A stretch of 64,000 bases of DNA from Squalus acanthias. Taxonomy: Eukaryota. How positions within the stretch are numbered: the stretch's first letter is position 1; the number at the start of each line of letters is the position of its first letter. Shown here piece after piece: positions 26,085 to 39,214 of this stretch. The position numbers were made by a program, and so were the translations under genes. The notes beneath the pieces are model-generated. The model worked only from the letters and a program-made list of their open reading frames with translations. It was not told the DNA's origin and ran no database searches. The stretch spans positions 123,878,001 through 123,942,000 of the forward strand of contig CM059431.1 of the NCBI GenBank assembly GCA_030390025.1, read 5' to 3'.

Positions 26085-27489
26085 ACTATGTTTTCCACTC
26101 CACTGCTTATTTCCCTTCTGCAGTCTCATTACCTTCAACAATATATGCTACTTATCAGGCCAGCTCCTCCAAACTATCAACTTCATCAGTAGTATTATAT
26201 CTTCAATGCTACAAGGACAAATTGTAAAGTAGGAATTTTGATTTTGTTTATATTATTGTAGCTGTTTTTTCTTCTACTGTTTGTTACATCATTTGGTTAA
26301 CTGCCAGATTAGAAGCCAGAAGGTTAAAATCAAAAGGGTAAACTGCAAGTACAGATATTGGTTTGAATCCTGGGAGGGTTCACTCAACCTTTGGACCTTC
26401 TGAAGTGGATAAAAGACATGAAATATCTTGGGACTGGGCAGGGATTGTCAGACAATTGCAATATCCCCTTCTCAGCAATGGAAACAGGGGTTGGCAATGG
26501 AAGCGAGGGGTGGGGGTTGGAGGGGGGGCGGTGGTGGTGTTGGGTAGTTTGGTGTTGCAGCCAATTGGCAATTCAGGCCTAATGGAGGTGTACTCTGGTG
26601 GGTAACATGTTTCCTGCCGTCAGTCGCTTGTTGCAGTAAGAAGCAACATTTAAACAGGATTTAATCCTGCCCTTGATCTCATTTCTGCATTTGGTAACAA
26701 TGAAACTGCAGACCCATAGATCAACTTAACAAGATAAGACCATCTGTTTCCCAAAGTTTTAGAAAACAATTACAGGCAGGATCATCCAGATAATGGGCAA
26801 AAAGGCAATCAGAAGAGATTTTCAACACAACACACAGGTAGAGGGGTTCGACAAACAGTGAGAACTGTAAAAGACTTTAGGCAGACATAGGTTAACGGAA
26901 TGACAGAGAGGTGAAAGGTGCAATTTAATACAAATAATTGTAAGTTACTACATTTTGGGAGTAGAAAACAGAAAACAACAGTTCTGCCTTGGGAATACCT
27001 TTCCTGCCAATGGAAAATTAAGACATTAAATGATATAAAGGACAAATAATCATTACTAACTCACACAATAATCAGGTATTTGCTCCTATGACCTATAAAA
27101 GACTAATTATTACAAAGTACAAATTAGCCATCAATAAGCAAACTTTGTTTTGTTATTCTGTTTCCAGTTTTTCTGTCCATAGGTAATGAATGATGCTGTG
27201 GTATGGTTCCACAAACACCAGAAAGCCCTTCTATATTGCACCAAAGTGACCTTCTTCATGCATGAGCAAAATGTTGGTTACTTGACTGTAGGGAATACCA
27301 CTGCTGAGACCAATCTTTTTCTCATCTGCACATACACATGCACATTTCAACAGTGGTAACTGGATAATTATTAGGAACAGGAAGACTAGCTGATTTTTTC
27401 CCTCCCTAGACTAAGGATGCTGAGACTAAATAGAGTGATTTTATTGATAACTCACCTGAGATCAGGGCCCTGAATTTCTGCAGGGATTT

Positions 27490-27624
27490 ACATAAGAACA
27501 TAAGAAATAGAAGCAGGAGTAGGCCATTTGGCCCTTCGAGCCTGCTCCGCCATTCAATAAGACCATGGCTGATCTTCTACCTCATCTCCACTTTCCAGCA
27601 CTATCCCCATATCCCTTGATTCCC
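27490..27624 (-). mobile_element. CR1 3' end fragment
   Basis: Near-identical to 8925-9050. Confidence 0.7.
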
Positions 27625-28435
27625 ATAAAAGTTTTCCTGATCTCCAGCCGTAAGATTGACTGAAAGCCCGGAAACAGCCATTTTTAAAAGATGCAAGAAC
27701 TATAGAGTAGTGATAATGGGGGACTTCAACTTTCCTAATATAGACTGGGATAGTAATAGTGTAAAGGGCAGAGAGGGGGAAGAATTTCTGAAGTGTGTTC
27801 AGGAGAACTTTTTTGATCAGTATGTTTTTGGCCCAACGAGGAAGGAGGCATTGCTGGATCTGGCTCTGGGGAATGAGATAGGTCAAGTGGAGCAAGTGTC
27901 AGAAGGTGAACATTTGGGGAACAGTGGTCAGAGTATCATAAAGTTTAGATTAGCTATGGAAAAGGACAGGGAGCAATCTAGAGTAAAACTATTTAATTGG
28001 AGGAAGGCCAATTTCAGTGGGTCGAGAACAGATCTGGCCCAGGTAAATTGGAATCAAAGATTGGCAGGCAAAACTGTAATCGAACAATGGGCTACCTTTA
28101 AAGAGGAAATAGTTCGGGTACAATCGAGGTACATTCCCACCAGGGGAAAAGGTAGGGCAACTAAAGTCAGAGCTCCCTGGATGACAAAAGAGATAGAGAG
28201 TAAGATGAAGCAGAACAAGAGCACGTATGACAGATGTCAGGTCGAGAATAAATCTGAGAATCAGAAAGTTCGAAGGAGAAGTGAAAAAGAAAATAAGAGG
28301 GGCAAAGAGTGGGTATGAGAATAGAATGGCAGCTAACATAAAAGGTAATCCAAAAGTCCTCTATTGGTATATAAATAATAAGCGGGTCGTAAGAGGAGGG
28401 GTGGGGCCGATTAGGGACCAAAAAGGAGACCTATT

Positions 28436-29105
28436 GTAGGACTTTCTCCGACTACTGTTTTGACCTCGAGAATTACGAATAAGCGTAACAATGACAGATA
28501 AGTTTGTTATAAATAAAATGATCTTTATTCACACTACAGTTTAAAATTCAAGCGTACATAGATTCGCTCTCGGCAATGTCTGTGCCCACAGTTTATTAAT
28601 TCGCTCTGGCAATAAATATGCTCACAGTTTCGTACATAAAAGTACTGTCCCAGCAATTCATATGCTACATAGTTAGCTAAACGTATATAAAAGTATCCCT
28701 GCAATTTATACTAATTCTTGGCACTCCATACGCCCACAGTTCCTCACATAAAAGTACTTCCCAGCAACTTATATGCTAATTCCAGGCGATTCATATCCCA
28801 AGTCAACCGAACATCACTGATGATTCATATTCCAAGTCAACCATACATAAAAGTACTCTTGAACAATATCTATGCTTTATGTCCGACTTTCATACATACA
28901 CTTATACTGGATGATCAGCACGGAAAAAAGTAGTAGGCTGCAAACGTCGACTGCCATTTCACACAGCGCTCTTTGCCTCTTCTCTTCTTCTTCATCTTCT
29001 GAACTTCCCACTTCTGGGTCATCCCTTTATAGTGCCTTCCTGCTGGCCACCCTCGTATATCTTCGTCTGCCTCCCTCTGATATGTCAGTTTCACTCCCAA
29101 CCTTC
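28436..29105 (-). repeat. Possible truncated solo LTR with internal degenerate repeats (cataaaagtact)
   Basis: Abrupt junction with CR1 at tgtagg (CA end on minus strand); minus-strand TATAAA at ~29030 and AATAAA at ~28530; no partner LTR or TSD found. Confidence 0.35.
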
Positions 29106-29109
29106 CCTG

Positions 29110-30812
29110 AATACTGCGGGTGCTGGAAATCTGAAATAACAACAGAAAACACTGGAAAATCTCAGCAGGCCAGGCAGCATCCGTGGAGAGAGAAACAGAG
29201 TTAATGTTTCAGGTCGAAGACCTTTTGTCAGAACTGGAAAAAAGCAGGAAATGGAATAGATTTTACAGCAAGTTTAGGGGCTGGGAAAAGGGGGAGGGGA
29301 TGAAAGAACAAAAGGGAAGGTCAGTGATAGGATAGAAAGCAGGAGAGATTAAGAGACATTGAGAGATATTAAGAGATATTCAAGGCAAGAGGAGATGGCA
29401 ATGGGACAGGTTAAGGAACAAAGGATGGCTTGAGATGAAGTGTGAATTGCGCTGGCAGAATGAAGGACAGCTGCCATGTGGGAGGGAAGAAAAAAAGAGG
29501 CCAAACAAAAAGTGTGGAAAACTAAAAAAAAAAAATATATATATATATATATGTGATAGGGGCCGAGGTTATGATCTGAAATTGTTGAACTCTATGTTGA
29601 GTCCAGAGGGCTCTGGAGTGCCAAATCAAAAGATGAGGTGCTGTTCCTCGAGCTTACGCTGAGCTTCCATGGAACAATGCAAGAGGCCGAGGACGGTGAG
29701 GTCAGAGTGGGAGTGAAGCGGTGAATTGAAGTGACAGGCCACCGGGAGGTGTTCCGCAAATCGAGCACCCAATCTGCATTTGGTCTCCCCAGTGCAGAGG
29801 AGACCACATCGTGAGCAGCGAATACAGTATACTAAATTGCAAGAAGTACAAGTAAATCGCTGTTTCACCTGGAAGGGGTGTTTGGGGCCCTGGACAGTGG
29901 GAAGGGGGGAGGTATAAGGGCATGTGTTGCATCTCCTGCGCTTGCACGGGATGGTGCCGGGCGAAGGGGAAGGGGTGCTGGCGGTGGTAGAGGCGCGGAC
30001 TAGGGTGTCGCGGAGGGAGCGGTGAGGGGAAGATGCGTTTGGTGGTGGGATCGCGCTGGAGGTGGCGGAAATGGCGGAGGATGATCGTTGAATGTGGAGG
30101 CTGGTGGGGTGAAAGGTGAGGACAACGGGAACTCTATCGTGGTTCCGGGAGGGAGGGGCAGGGGTGAGGGCAGAAGTGCGGGAGATAGAACGGACACGGT
30201 TGAGGGCAATCCTCGAGTTGAGGAAAAAGGAAGACATGTTGGAAGCACTGGTATGGAAGGTGGCATCATCAGAGCAGATGCGGTGGAGATGGAGAAACTG
30301 GGAGAATGGAATAGAGTCCTTACAGGAAGCGGGGTGGGAGGAAGTGTAGTCCAGGTAGCTGTGGGAGTCAGGGGGCTTGTAGTGAATGTTTGTCAATAAC
30401 CTAACCCCAGAGATGGAGACGGAGAAGTCGAGGAAGGGAACGGAAGAGTCAGAGATGGACCATGTGAAGGTGAGGGAAGGGTGGAAATTGGAAGCAAAGT
30501 GAATGAAATTTTCTAGTACAGGGCGAGAGCAGGAGACGGCACCGATACAGTCATCAATGTACCGGAAAAAGAGGTGAGGGAGGGGACCCGAGTAGGACTG
30601 GAACAAAGAGTGTTCCACATATCCCACAAAAAGGCAGGCAAAGCTAGGACCCATGCGGGTACCCATAGCAACACCTTTGATTCGTAGGAAATGAGTGGAG
30701 TCAAAGGAGAAGTTGTTCAATGTGAGAACAAGTTCAGCCAGGCGGAGGAGGGTGGTGGTGGATGGGGACTGGTTGGGCCTCTGTTCAAGGAAGAAGTGGA
30801 GCGCCCTCAGGC
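29110..30812 (-). mobile_element. 5'-truncated Penelope-like retroelement
   Basis: RT GVAMGTRMGPSFA, FFRYIDD, PFLD and GIY-YIG domain VYCIRC..CGL...GET.CRL..RF.EH, followed by the pLTR shared with the short fragments. Confidence 0.92.
29590..30810 (-). pseudogene. Penelope RT / GIY-YIG endonuclease C-terminal portion
   Basis: ORF 29626-30720, with internal deletions and compensating frameshifts. Confidence 0.88.
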
Positions 30813-31531
30813 CATCCTAGGACGCTGAGGGAAGTGAAGGAAGAAATCGCGGAGGTACTGGCCATAATCTTCCAATCCTCCTTAGAAACGGGGGTGGTGC
30901 CAGAGGACTGGAGAATTGCAAATGTTACACCCATGTTCAAAAAAGGGTGTAAAAATAAACCCAGCAACTACAGGCCAGTCAGCTTAACCTTGGTAATGGG
31001 GAAGCTTTTAGAAACAATAATCAGGGACTAAATTAACAGTCACTTGTACAAGTGTGGAATAGTTAAGGAAAGTCAGCACGGATTTGTTAAAGTTAAATCG
31101 TGTTTAACCAACTTGATCGAGTTTTTTGATGAGGTAACAGAGAGGGTAATGTGGTTGACGTGGTGTACATGGATTTCCAAAAGGCATTCAGCAAAGTGCC
31201 ACATAATCGGCTTGCCAGCAAAGTTGAAGCCCATGGAATAAAAGGGACAGTGGCAGCATGGATACGAAATTGGCTAAGTGACAGAAAACAGAGAGTTGCG
31301 GTGAACGGTTGTTTTTCAGACTGGAGGAAGTTACACAGTGGTGTTCCCCAGGGGTTGGTACTAGGACCACTGCTTTTCTTGATATATATCAATGACTTGG
31401 ACTTGGATGAACAGGTCACAATTTCAAAATTTACAGATGGCACAAAACTTGAGAGTATAGTGAACAGTGAGGAGGATAATGATAGACTTCAAGAGATAAT
31501 AGACAGGTTGGTGGAATGGGCGAACACGTGG

Positions 31532-33181
31532 TGTAAGGTTTATAAAATTTGCAGATCCCCAACCTAAGGAAAAAGGACTTTGGAACTACCTCAGAGTGAT
31601 AAAAATGCATTTGGGTCTAACATAAGGAATTTAAGACCAAAAACCAAGTTTTGGCATTTTAAAACTATGTCTGGGCCTGTAAAGGGACAAGGAGGTGGGT
31701 TTGACCTCTGTAAAAGCAGTTTTGGTTATTGCAGTTAATTACACTGTCTGGGGAACCGGGATAACCCTACTCACGCCCCAGCACACATTAACATTTGAAC
31801 AATAGATCCTGGGAGAAGACAGTCCCACCCAAAATAACAAGCCCCATCAAACCGATTACAGGGCCCATCAGAAAACTTGCATAATCCAAATCACTCAGGA
31901 CCATTCTTTAGAAAAGACCGAGTCTGGCCTAGAAACCCAAAACATGAAACCAATCATCAGTGATCAGCCAAGGAGATCGACAGGATGCAAACCATCCCAA
32001 AACCATTTGACACTTACAGAGCAGTTACTGGTAACAGGCCCGCCAAAAATCAGACAATGAACTGAGCAGATTTGGCGGGTAGATAAGGCCATGTTCAATT
32101 GGTGAGATTGAAGGCCTGTTAAAAAACCAGTTAACGGGCTAGTAAGTCGTTACCGATTTGCGAGCCCGCCAAAAACCAGACAATGAACTGAGTAGATTTG
32201 GCGGGTAGATAAGGCCTCTTCAATTTAGTATAATTGAAGGCCCCTCAAGCAGTTCAAGGTCGAGCAGTCAGTCGCAACCGGTGGTCATCGGAAGAAGAAG
32301 AAACCAGGAAGAAGAAAACCCGAGCTGGAAGCAAGTCGGCATCGCTCACCACTCAGACACACCTGAGTCCAGCTCGCGAAGATACCACCTCGACGGACCT
32401 CCAACAACGGTCCCAACACAGTAACCCGGAGCAACAAACCAAGAAGACATCGACGGCTCCCCAAGGTCGACTGACACATTAAACAAAGCCTAAAGCCATC
32501 GCGGAAACCAAAGGCCTCACGAAACCAACAACCGCGCATTACCCCCAACTGACCGGGTAATAGCAGGCCACCACGACCACCAACTCCAAGGAAGAAAACC
32601 TGAAGAACTGCAAAGTTTCCACACTACAAACTACTCCTGACTTACCCCTGGGTAAGATTTTCCCCAATGATTCTAAACACTACTGCTAAACCAAAGAAAT
32701 TGGGTACTCACCAGATAAATCCATAATGACATCCTACCGCATCAGTGGACTCGTGAAGACTGATCAGAGACACAGGTGAAGTCCTCTACCACGTACGGGG
32801 TACGGCAGACACTAACCGCCATAAACAGCGAACCCCAAAACCGCGATTTAGCCCAAATGTCAAAGGATTGGTGAGCATTATCCCTGGTCCTTCAAAACCC
32901 AACTTAGCTAGTAAAGTGGGGTTGGGAGGGGTGAAGTATTGTTCTACTGTCATTTCCCTCGCTTGTACCGAAGTGTTCCCCACCTTTAGAGTGTTAAGAG
33001 TGTTGTTATTTGTGTCTTACCTTTTAATAAAGATTGAAGTTCTTTCATCAAGCTCAGTTGTCTGCTGCACCTTTTTATCACAACCCCCAAATAAGTCCAA
33101 GGTCTAGAACCAAGGGAGTGGGAGTGATTCGAACCACTCAGAAGTCAGAGGTAAAGCTGACACAAACCACCACCCCCTACA
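31532..33181 (+). repeat. Outer provirus 5' LTR (1650 bp)
   Basis: Direct repeat of 49904-51554; about 17 mismatches in the first ~270 bp by eye; AATAAA at ~33025. Confidence 0.95.
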
Positions 33182-33183
33182 TA

Positions 33184-35030
33184 ATGGCGACCGTCGCAGG
33201 ACCTTGGCAAAAGGGATGTGATGCAGTGGAAACTGTTTTTGAGGAGAGAACCAAGATGGAGGAAAGGATTTCCTCCTATGTGTTCAAAAAGGTGAACATA
33301 ACTAAGAAGTGGGTACTCAGTCTGCTACGTGCTGAACGTCCAATAGACGCTGCAGCTAAGTGAACTGAGAGCAAAGACCGCAGGAAATCTGTGGAAAAGG
33401 CCATCTGGTTGATCTGCTCCCAGAAACAGATACAATTGTTGGACAAACGTGTAGAGACACTCAAAGCAGAACTGCAGGAGTCTGCTCAGCTGTCTCAAGC
33501 AAGGGCCCTAGCAGGGGAAACATTACTGAATGAGCTAACAGCCCAAGACCAGGAAAGGAGGCAGTAAGTGGAAACGCACAGGAACAGTCAAGAGTAATTT
33601 CAGTGTCAGGTCACCAAAGCAAAAACCAGTGAACTAGCGTTGAGGGAAGAGAACACCTGCCTTGCCAGGCAAGTAAAGAAACTAGAGGAGAGGTTAAGAG
33701 ATGTCCAGGCAGCTTACAAGGAAGCAAGCACAAGGGGGTATGAAGCGGGAGAGCACGGCCCCTGCTAGAAACAAATAGAAAGTTTGAACCTTGCTCTGTC
33801 CAGAGCCAAATGCATGGTATGCCTGTTAAGCCCGGGTACGGCCCGAGTGGACCTGGAAGTGCAGGGGGAAACTGTTTGAACGCCACCTGTGGCGTCGGGG
33901 ATCGACCCGGTTGGGCAGCAGGAAAGAAGGGCGATTTGTGAGGCTGGCAGGGAGTGCACACCACCACCTGTGGCGCCGGGTTTTTACTCGGTTTGGCAGC
34001 AGGCAGGGGTGGGTGAACCAATGCAGGAGAGGTCGGAGCCGGGGCCAATGTGCCCGGTCCGGCAGCAAAAGTTTGGCCCACCTGGCTGTGGTGGGGGTCA
34101 AGGACCCCTTGAAAGCCTATTCGTGGCTCCCCACTGTACCCAACAGCTTAGGGCTATGGTAAGCCACCTGAGTAAGCTCACCCAAAAAGGGGACCCCTCT
34201 GTCCACTTCATGGAAGTGGAACATGCAGCAAGCATCAATGACTGTGATGATGCCTAGATGGCCAAAATGCTCCTGTTCTCACTGGACAGCAAAATCTACC
34301 AGTCCCTCTCCGCAGAGAGTAAAAGCGGGTAGGGTGGATATGCTGCTATCAGAGAGGGAATTCTGGAGGCCATGGGTATGAACGATGGTAGTCCCTTCTC
34401 CCGAGTGGAGAAGACTACACAGCTAGCAGGGGAGACCCCACAGGCTTTTGCAGACCGACTGTGGCCTGTGTACAGGAGTGCCTGTAATGGGGTTCTCGAC
34501 CGGGCTCACCTGAATCAGGACGAGCTGGCCCACTGGCTCCAAAGTCTAGTGGCAAACAGCTTGCCACGGATCAGGGCCAAGGCTGAGCTGTGGTTTGACC
34601 CAAGGGTCCCCCGGGGCACCGAAGAGACAGTGGTCAGACAACTAACCCTGGCTTACCGAACTGGTAGGGGGACAGAAGAGCATCCACCCAAGGGGAAGGT
34701 GCATGAGATAAAACCCAGCCAGGGTAAAAAACAGTGGCACCAGGAAGGGGGTAACCCTTCCGACACGAAGTGTAATTGCTTTGGGTGCGTGAAGAGTGGG
34801 CATTGGAGGAAGGACTGTAGGAATCCATGGAAGGATAATCTAGGAAAGAATTCCCCAGCCCCTGCCCCAAAGGTATAAACCCCGACCTCTCCCCACACGT
34901 TAGACTCGGTCATAGAAGCGATTCGAGCCTTGTTAACTGGCCCAGGAGAGGTAGCCACAGCCATTGGGACAGTAACCCCATCTGCCGCACCAAACACAGA
35001 CTTATGTCTAGAGCCAGCGCAGCCTGTCTA
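33184..35030 (+). pseudogene. gag: Outer gag: N-terminal coiled coil, capsid, one CCHC knuckle
   Basis: One reading frame with 8 in-frame stops; heptad-rich LLDKRVETLKAELQE...QVKKLEERLRDVQ; MHR-like QLAGETPQAFADRLW; CFGCVKSGHWRKDC. Confidence 0.85.
33185..33202 (+). promoter_or_regulatory. Primer-binding site, tRNA-Arg(TCG)-like
   Basis: TGGCGACCGTCGCAGGAC versus TGGCGACCGCGGCAGGAC expected for vertebrate tRNA-Arg(TCG) as I recall it (16/18). Confidence 0.75.
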
Positions 35031-38000
35031 CCTGTCTACCTGTGTCCCCTGGAGTACGACGCTTGGAAGAGGCCACTTGTTAGGATGGAGGTGGAAAAGG
35101 TGAACGGGACTTATCTGTTAGATACTGGAGCTTCCAGCACCATAGTCTATTCAGAGAATCCCACAGTCTCACCTCTGTCTAACGGGGTCCGGTACAGTTT
35201 AGTGGGATTCACAGGTAACGAGCAGGCTGGCTCGTTCTCCATCCCGCTGTCCATTCATTTAGGAACACTCCACACCAAGTGGACCTGTGTCCTGATGAAA
35301 TGGGAGAAAGAGGGAACGGGGATCCTGGGGGCCGACTTTATCACAGGCCACAGAATTTTAGTGGATCTGAGGGACCACTGTCTGTGGGGAGCAGTGGGTA
35401 GAGAGAGAGTGAAGTGACAGTCATCCCAGGGAAACAGGGCAAGGGGACCTTGTGTACCCTAAAACCTAAGGAAGGTTTCGACCTCGAGCAAATGGTCAGT
35501 AACACTCCGGTCGAGTACCAGGCATTTGTGCGAGCACACCTCACAGCATTTGCCACTCACAAGCATGAATGTGGGAGGGTCAACGGGGTCGAGGTTAGTT
35601 TCAGTGGAGACCCCATGATCCGACCACAGAAGCAGTATAACTTCCCCAGGGAGGCGGAAGCAGACATGGAAGCAGCCATGGCTTCCTTAGTAAAGCAGGG
35701 GGTGCTGAGACTGATAGCCACCCATGTAAACTCCCCACTGTGGCCGGTTAGAAAACCGGACAACTCCTGGAGGGCCACAGTGGACTATCAAGTACTCAAC
35801 CGTTACATCCCCGCCTGTGCACCCACGGTGGGAGCTGTTGCTGACCTCATTGGAAGTATCCCAGCATCTGCAACCACCTTCACAGTGCTGGACATTTCCA
35901 ACGGGTTTTGGTCCATCCCTTTAAGAAGGGAGGACCAGTACAAGTTCGCCTTCACGTTTAAAGGCCAACAGTACACCTGGAACTGCCTACCCCAGGGTTT
36001 CCACAATAGCCCCAGCATTTTTCATCAATGCATGGCTAATTGTTTGAAGGGCTTCAACCGGCCCCGGCAGTTGGTACAGTATGTGGATGACCTACTCCTG
36101 TTCACCGATGAAGGAGAGGAACACGGTCCACTACTGGCTGAACTGCTGGAGCTGCTCAGACACGAAGGCTTTAAGGTAAACCCTAAGAAGGTACAGATCG
36201 GTCAACAGGAAGTAAAATTCCTAGGGCTAACTGTGCGCGCAGGGGAAAGGGCCATTGACAGAGCCAGAAGGGAAGCAGTGCAGGAGTTACCAGCCCCCAA
36301 CACAGTCACAGGGGCAAGGTTTTTTCTCGGACTGACTGGGTACTGCAGAGATTTTTTTGAGGATTATGCAGCCACAGCAGCCCCTCTGCTCCGACTCCTA
36401 CACAAGGGTGTAGAGTGGGCTTGGGACGAGGGTTGCGAGGCAGCATTTGTAAGGCTCAAAAAGGATCTGCAGACCGCACCAGCTCTAGGGGCTATTGAGG
36501 GGGAGAAAGAGTTTTTCCTGGAGGTGGCAGCCAGCGGGGACAGTCTGAGTGCTGTGCAGCTCCAAGAGAGGCACGACAGACTGAGACCAGTGTTCTACTA
36601 CTCCAGGATACTCACTAATGTGGAGAAGGGCTACTCCAACTATGAGAGGCACCTCCTCACCACTCAGTGGGCTGTGAAAAGATCATTGATCTTCACAGGC
36701 ACATGTCCCATCACCTGCTCACCCATCACACGCCCACCCAGATGCTCCTAGATGGGAGAATCAAAGATGGGACAGTGAGCAGTGCCCGCATTGCCCGCTG
36801 GACCCTACTTCTCTCCCAGATGGACCTAAGGGTAAAAGGTCTCTGCGAGCCGAGGCTCGCAGCCAATCTGATTTCCCCAGGGAACGCCCACCGGTGTTCC
36901 ATTGAAGGGGTATGGGAAGTCAACATAGGCTTTTGGGCCGGGATACACCCCACAGGCCGCAAAATCTATGTGGATGGTTCGAGTACAGTATCTGCTGGAG
37001 AACGACTCACAGGGTGTGGAGTTTATGACCCAGAGGCGGACATTGCCTTGGCCATTAAACTCCCCAGCACCATGAGCGCCCAGCAGGCTGAACTGTCTGC
37101 GGTGGTGTATGTGGTTACACACCCCGAGAAGTTCCCTACCCCATACACGATTTGCTCGGACAGCATGTTCACATGCAATTCGTGTACGGAGTACCTGGCC
37201 ATCTGGTCCCGTCGCGGATACACCTCCGCTGATGGGAGACCCCTCACCATAAAGCCCCTGTTGGAGAGAATCATGGCAGCAGTGGGGAGGAAGGGAAGGT
37301 CTTTATCCATAAGGTAAAGGCCCACTCTAAGAAAGAGCCCAAGTGGGAAAACAACCACAAGGCAGACAAGCTGGCCAAACAGTGGGCCAGAGAAGGGGTA
37401 TTCTGGGACCAGTACCAAGCGGGTCCAGTAGCAGCAGTCCGGGCAAGGGGAAGCACACAGGTGTAGCTTTGGCTCCGGAATTAAAGCAGGCCCAAACCCA
37501 GGACACAGTCCTCAAGACTGTCCTGAACAGGCTTGAAAAAGGGGAGAAAGTAGAGGGCCCGTACGGCAGAGCAGCCATCACTGTAAAGGAAGGCATGCTG
37601 TTCAGAGGGGAGCAATGGGTAGTGCCGCAGCAGCACCGAAGAGAATTCCTCCAACTGGCCCATGAGGGTCCAGGAGCGGGGCATCCCGGACATAAGACCA
37701 CCTGGCAATGGGTGGAACAGACAGGACGGTGGCCAGGACTCCAGGAAGACATTTGCGAGTTTTGTGCAGGCTGCCTAGTGTGTGCTGCTAACAACCCAGA
37801 CCCCCAGAAAAGGAAGGTGTCCATGGGACACATCAGGAGGGTAGAGGGACCATGGCAGTTGATCCAGGTCGACTACATCGGGCCCCTACCCACCGCCCAG
37901 GGAGGTTTTAAGTACTGCCTAGTCCTGGTTGATGTATTCTCAAAGTGGGTAGAAGCATTCCCATGCCGTACGGCTACTGCATTGGGTACGGCTAGGATCC

Positions 38001-39214
38001 TAGTCAGGGAAATGTTCTCATGGTGGGGACTACCACAGTATGTGGAGTCCGACCAGGGGAGTCATTTTGCTGGGCAGGTTATGCAAGAGACCCTCAGGGT
38101 GCTCGGCATAGAGGGGAAATGGCACGTCGCCCACAACCCGCATTCATTGGGTCCTGTGGAGCGTTTAAACCGTACCATTAAGGAAAGGCTACGGAAGGAA
38201 ACGGGAGACTCATCCAAAAGGTGGGTGGAACTCTTACCGTTGGTTTTAATGGGGATCCGAGCCAGCCAGTCAAAAAGCACGCCGTATTCCCCACACGAGC
38301 TCATGACTGGCAGGGTTATGCGGACCCCCACCCATGTGCTAGCCCCGGTGCTCACGGAAGGGCAGCTCAGTGAGGTGAGCCGGGACAGATTCGTCAGGAA
38401 TCTGTTGGGCCACCTTAAACAGGTCCACTGGCAGGCTGCGAGCAACATGGGAAAACAGCATCGGAGTAACCGATTGCTGCTGGAACCCCGCAGGCACCAC
38501 GAGTGGGAGGTAGGAGACCAGGTCATGGTTAGGAATTTTGCCCGGTTGGGGAGATTCGAACCACTGTACATGGGGCCCTACCACATTGTGGACAAGGCAA
38601 GCCCCATGGTCTATGCCATAAAGATGCCCCGCCGTACAAAGTGGTTTCACATCAACCAGTGTAAGCTGTTTAAACCCGAGAAAAGGGAACAGTCAGCAAA
38701 GGTGGACCACCCCAAAGTTAGAAATCCCCAGCCAGCAGCTGTGGCAGACTCACAGGCTGCAGCGGTGGGGACAGTGGCTTGTAGCACAGGAGGGTACACT
38801 CCACCGATGATGTGGGACTCAGGCACACCCCCAGTGGCCAGAGTCCTGAGAAGGTCTCCTCGCACACCACAGCCTAAACTGCCGTGGTCACCGGTACATC
38901 AGTGGGTCAGCCCAAAAGGGGCTGCAACCTGAAAAGGAGTGCCCAAGGCCAGGGAGCGTTCAAAAGTTAGGGATCCCCAGCCTGCAGCCTCAGGCTGCGA
39001 GGAACCCACAGGACAGGACAGGGACTCAGCAGCCACACCAAAGGGGGTGGTGTGCTGTAGCACAGGAGGGGACACTCCCGGGATTGTCAGGGATTCAGGG
39101 AAACCCTCAGTTGCTCTGAGAAGGACTCTCAGGGTCCTGCTGTACAGGCCACCTTACGCCCAGGCGTACAGGCTGCTCAGAAGCTGCCCAAGGCAAAGGC
39201 CATACAGGGATTGA
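35031..39214 (+). pseudogene. pol: Outer pro-pol (PR, RT, tether, RNase H, IN) with several frameshifts
   Basis: LLDTGA; LDISNGFWSIPL, LPQGFHNSP, YVDD; IYVDGS..SAQQAEL..ICSDS; HEGPGAGH..CLVC, QVDYIG, ESDQGSHF, VERLN, MGPY. Confidence 0.93.

Noticed and set aside
32285..33107. Short ORFs present in both outer LTRs
   Set aside because: Shared only because the LTRs are duplicates; boundaries differ and there is no domain evidence
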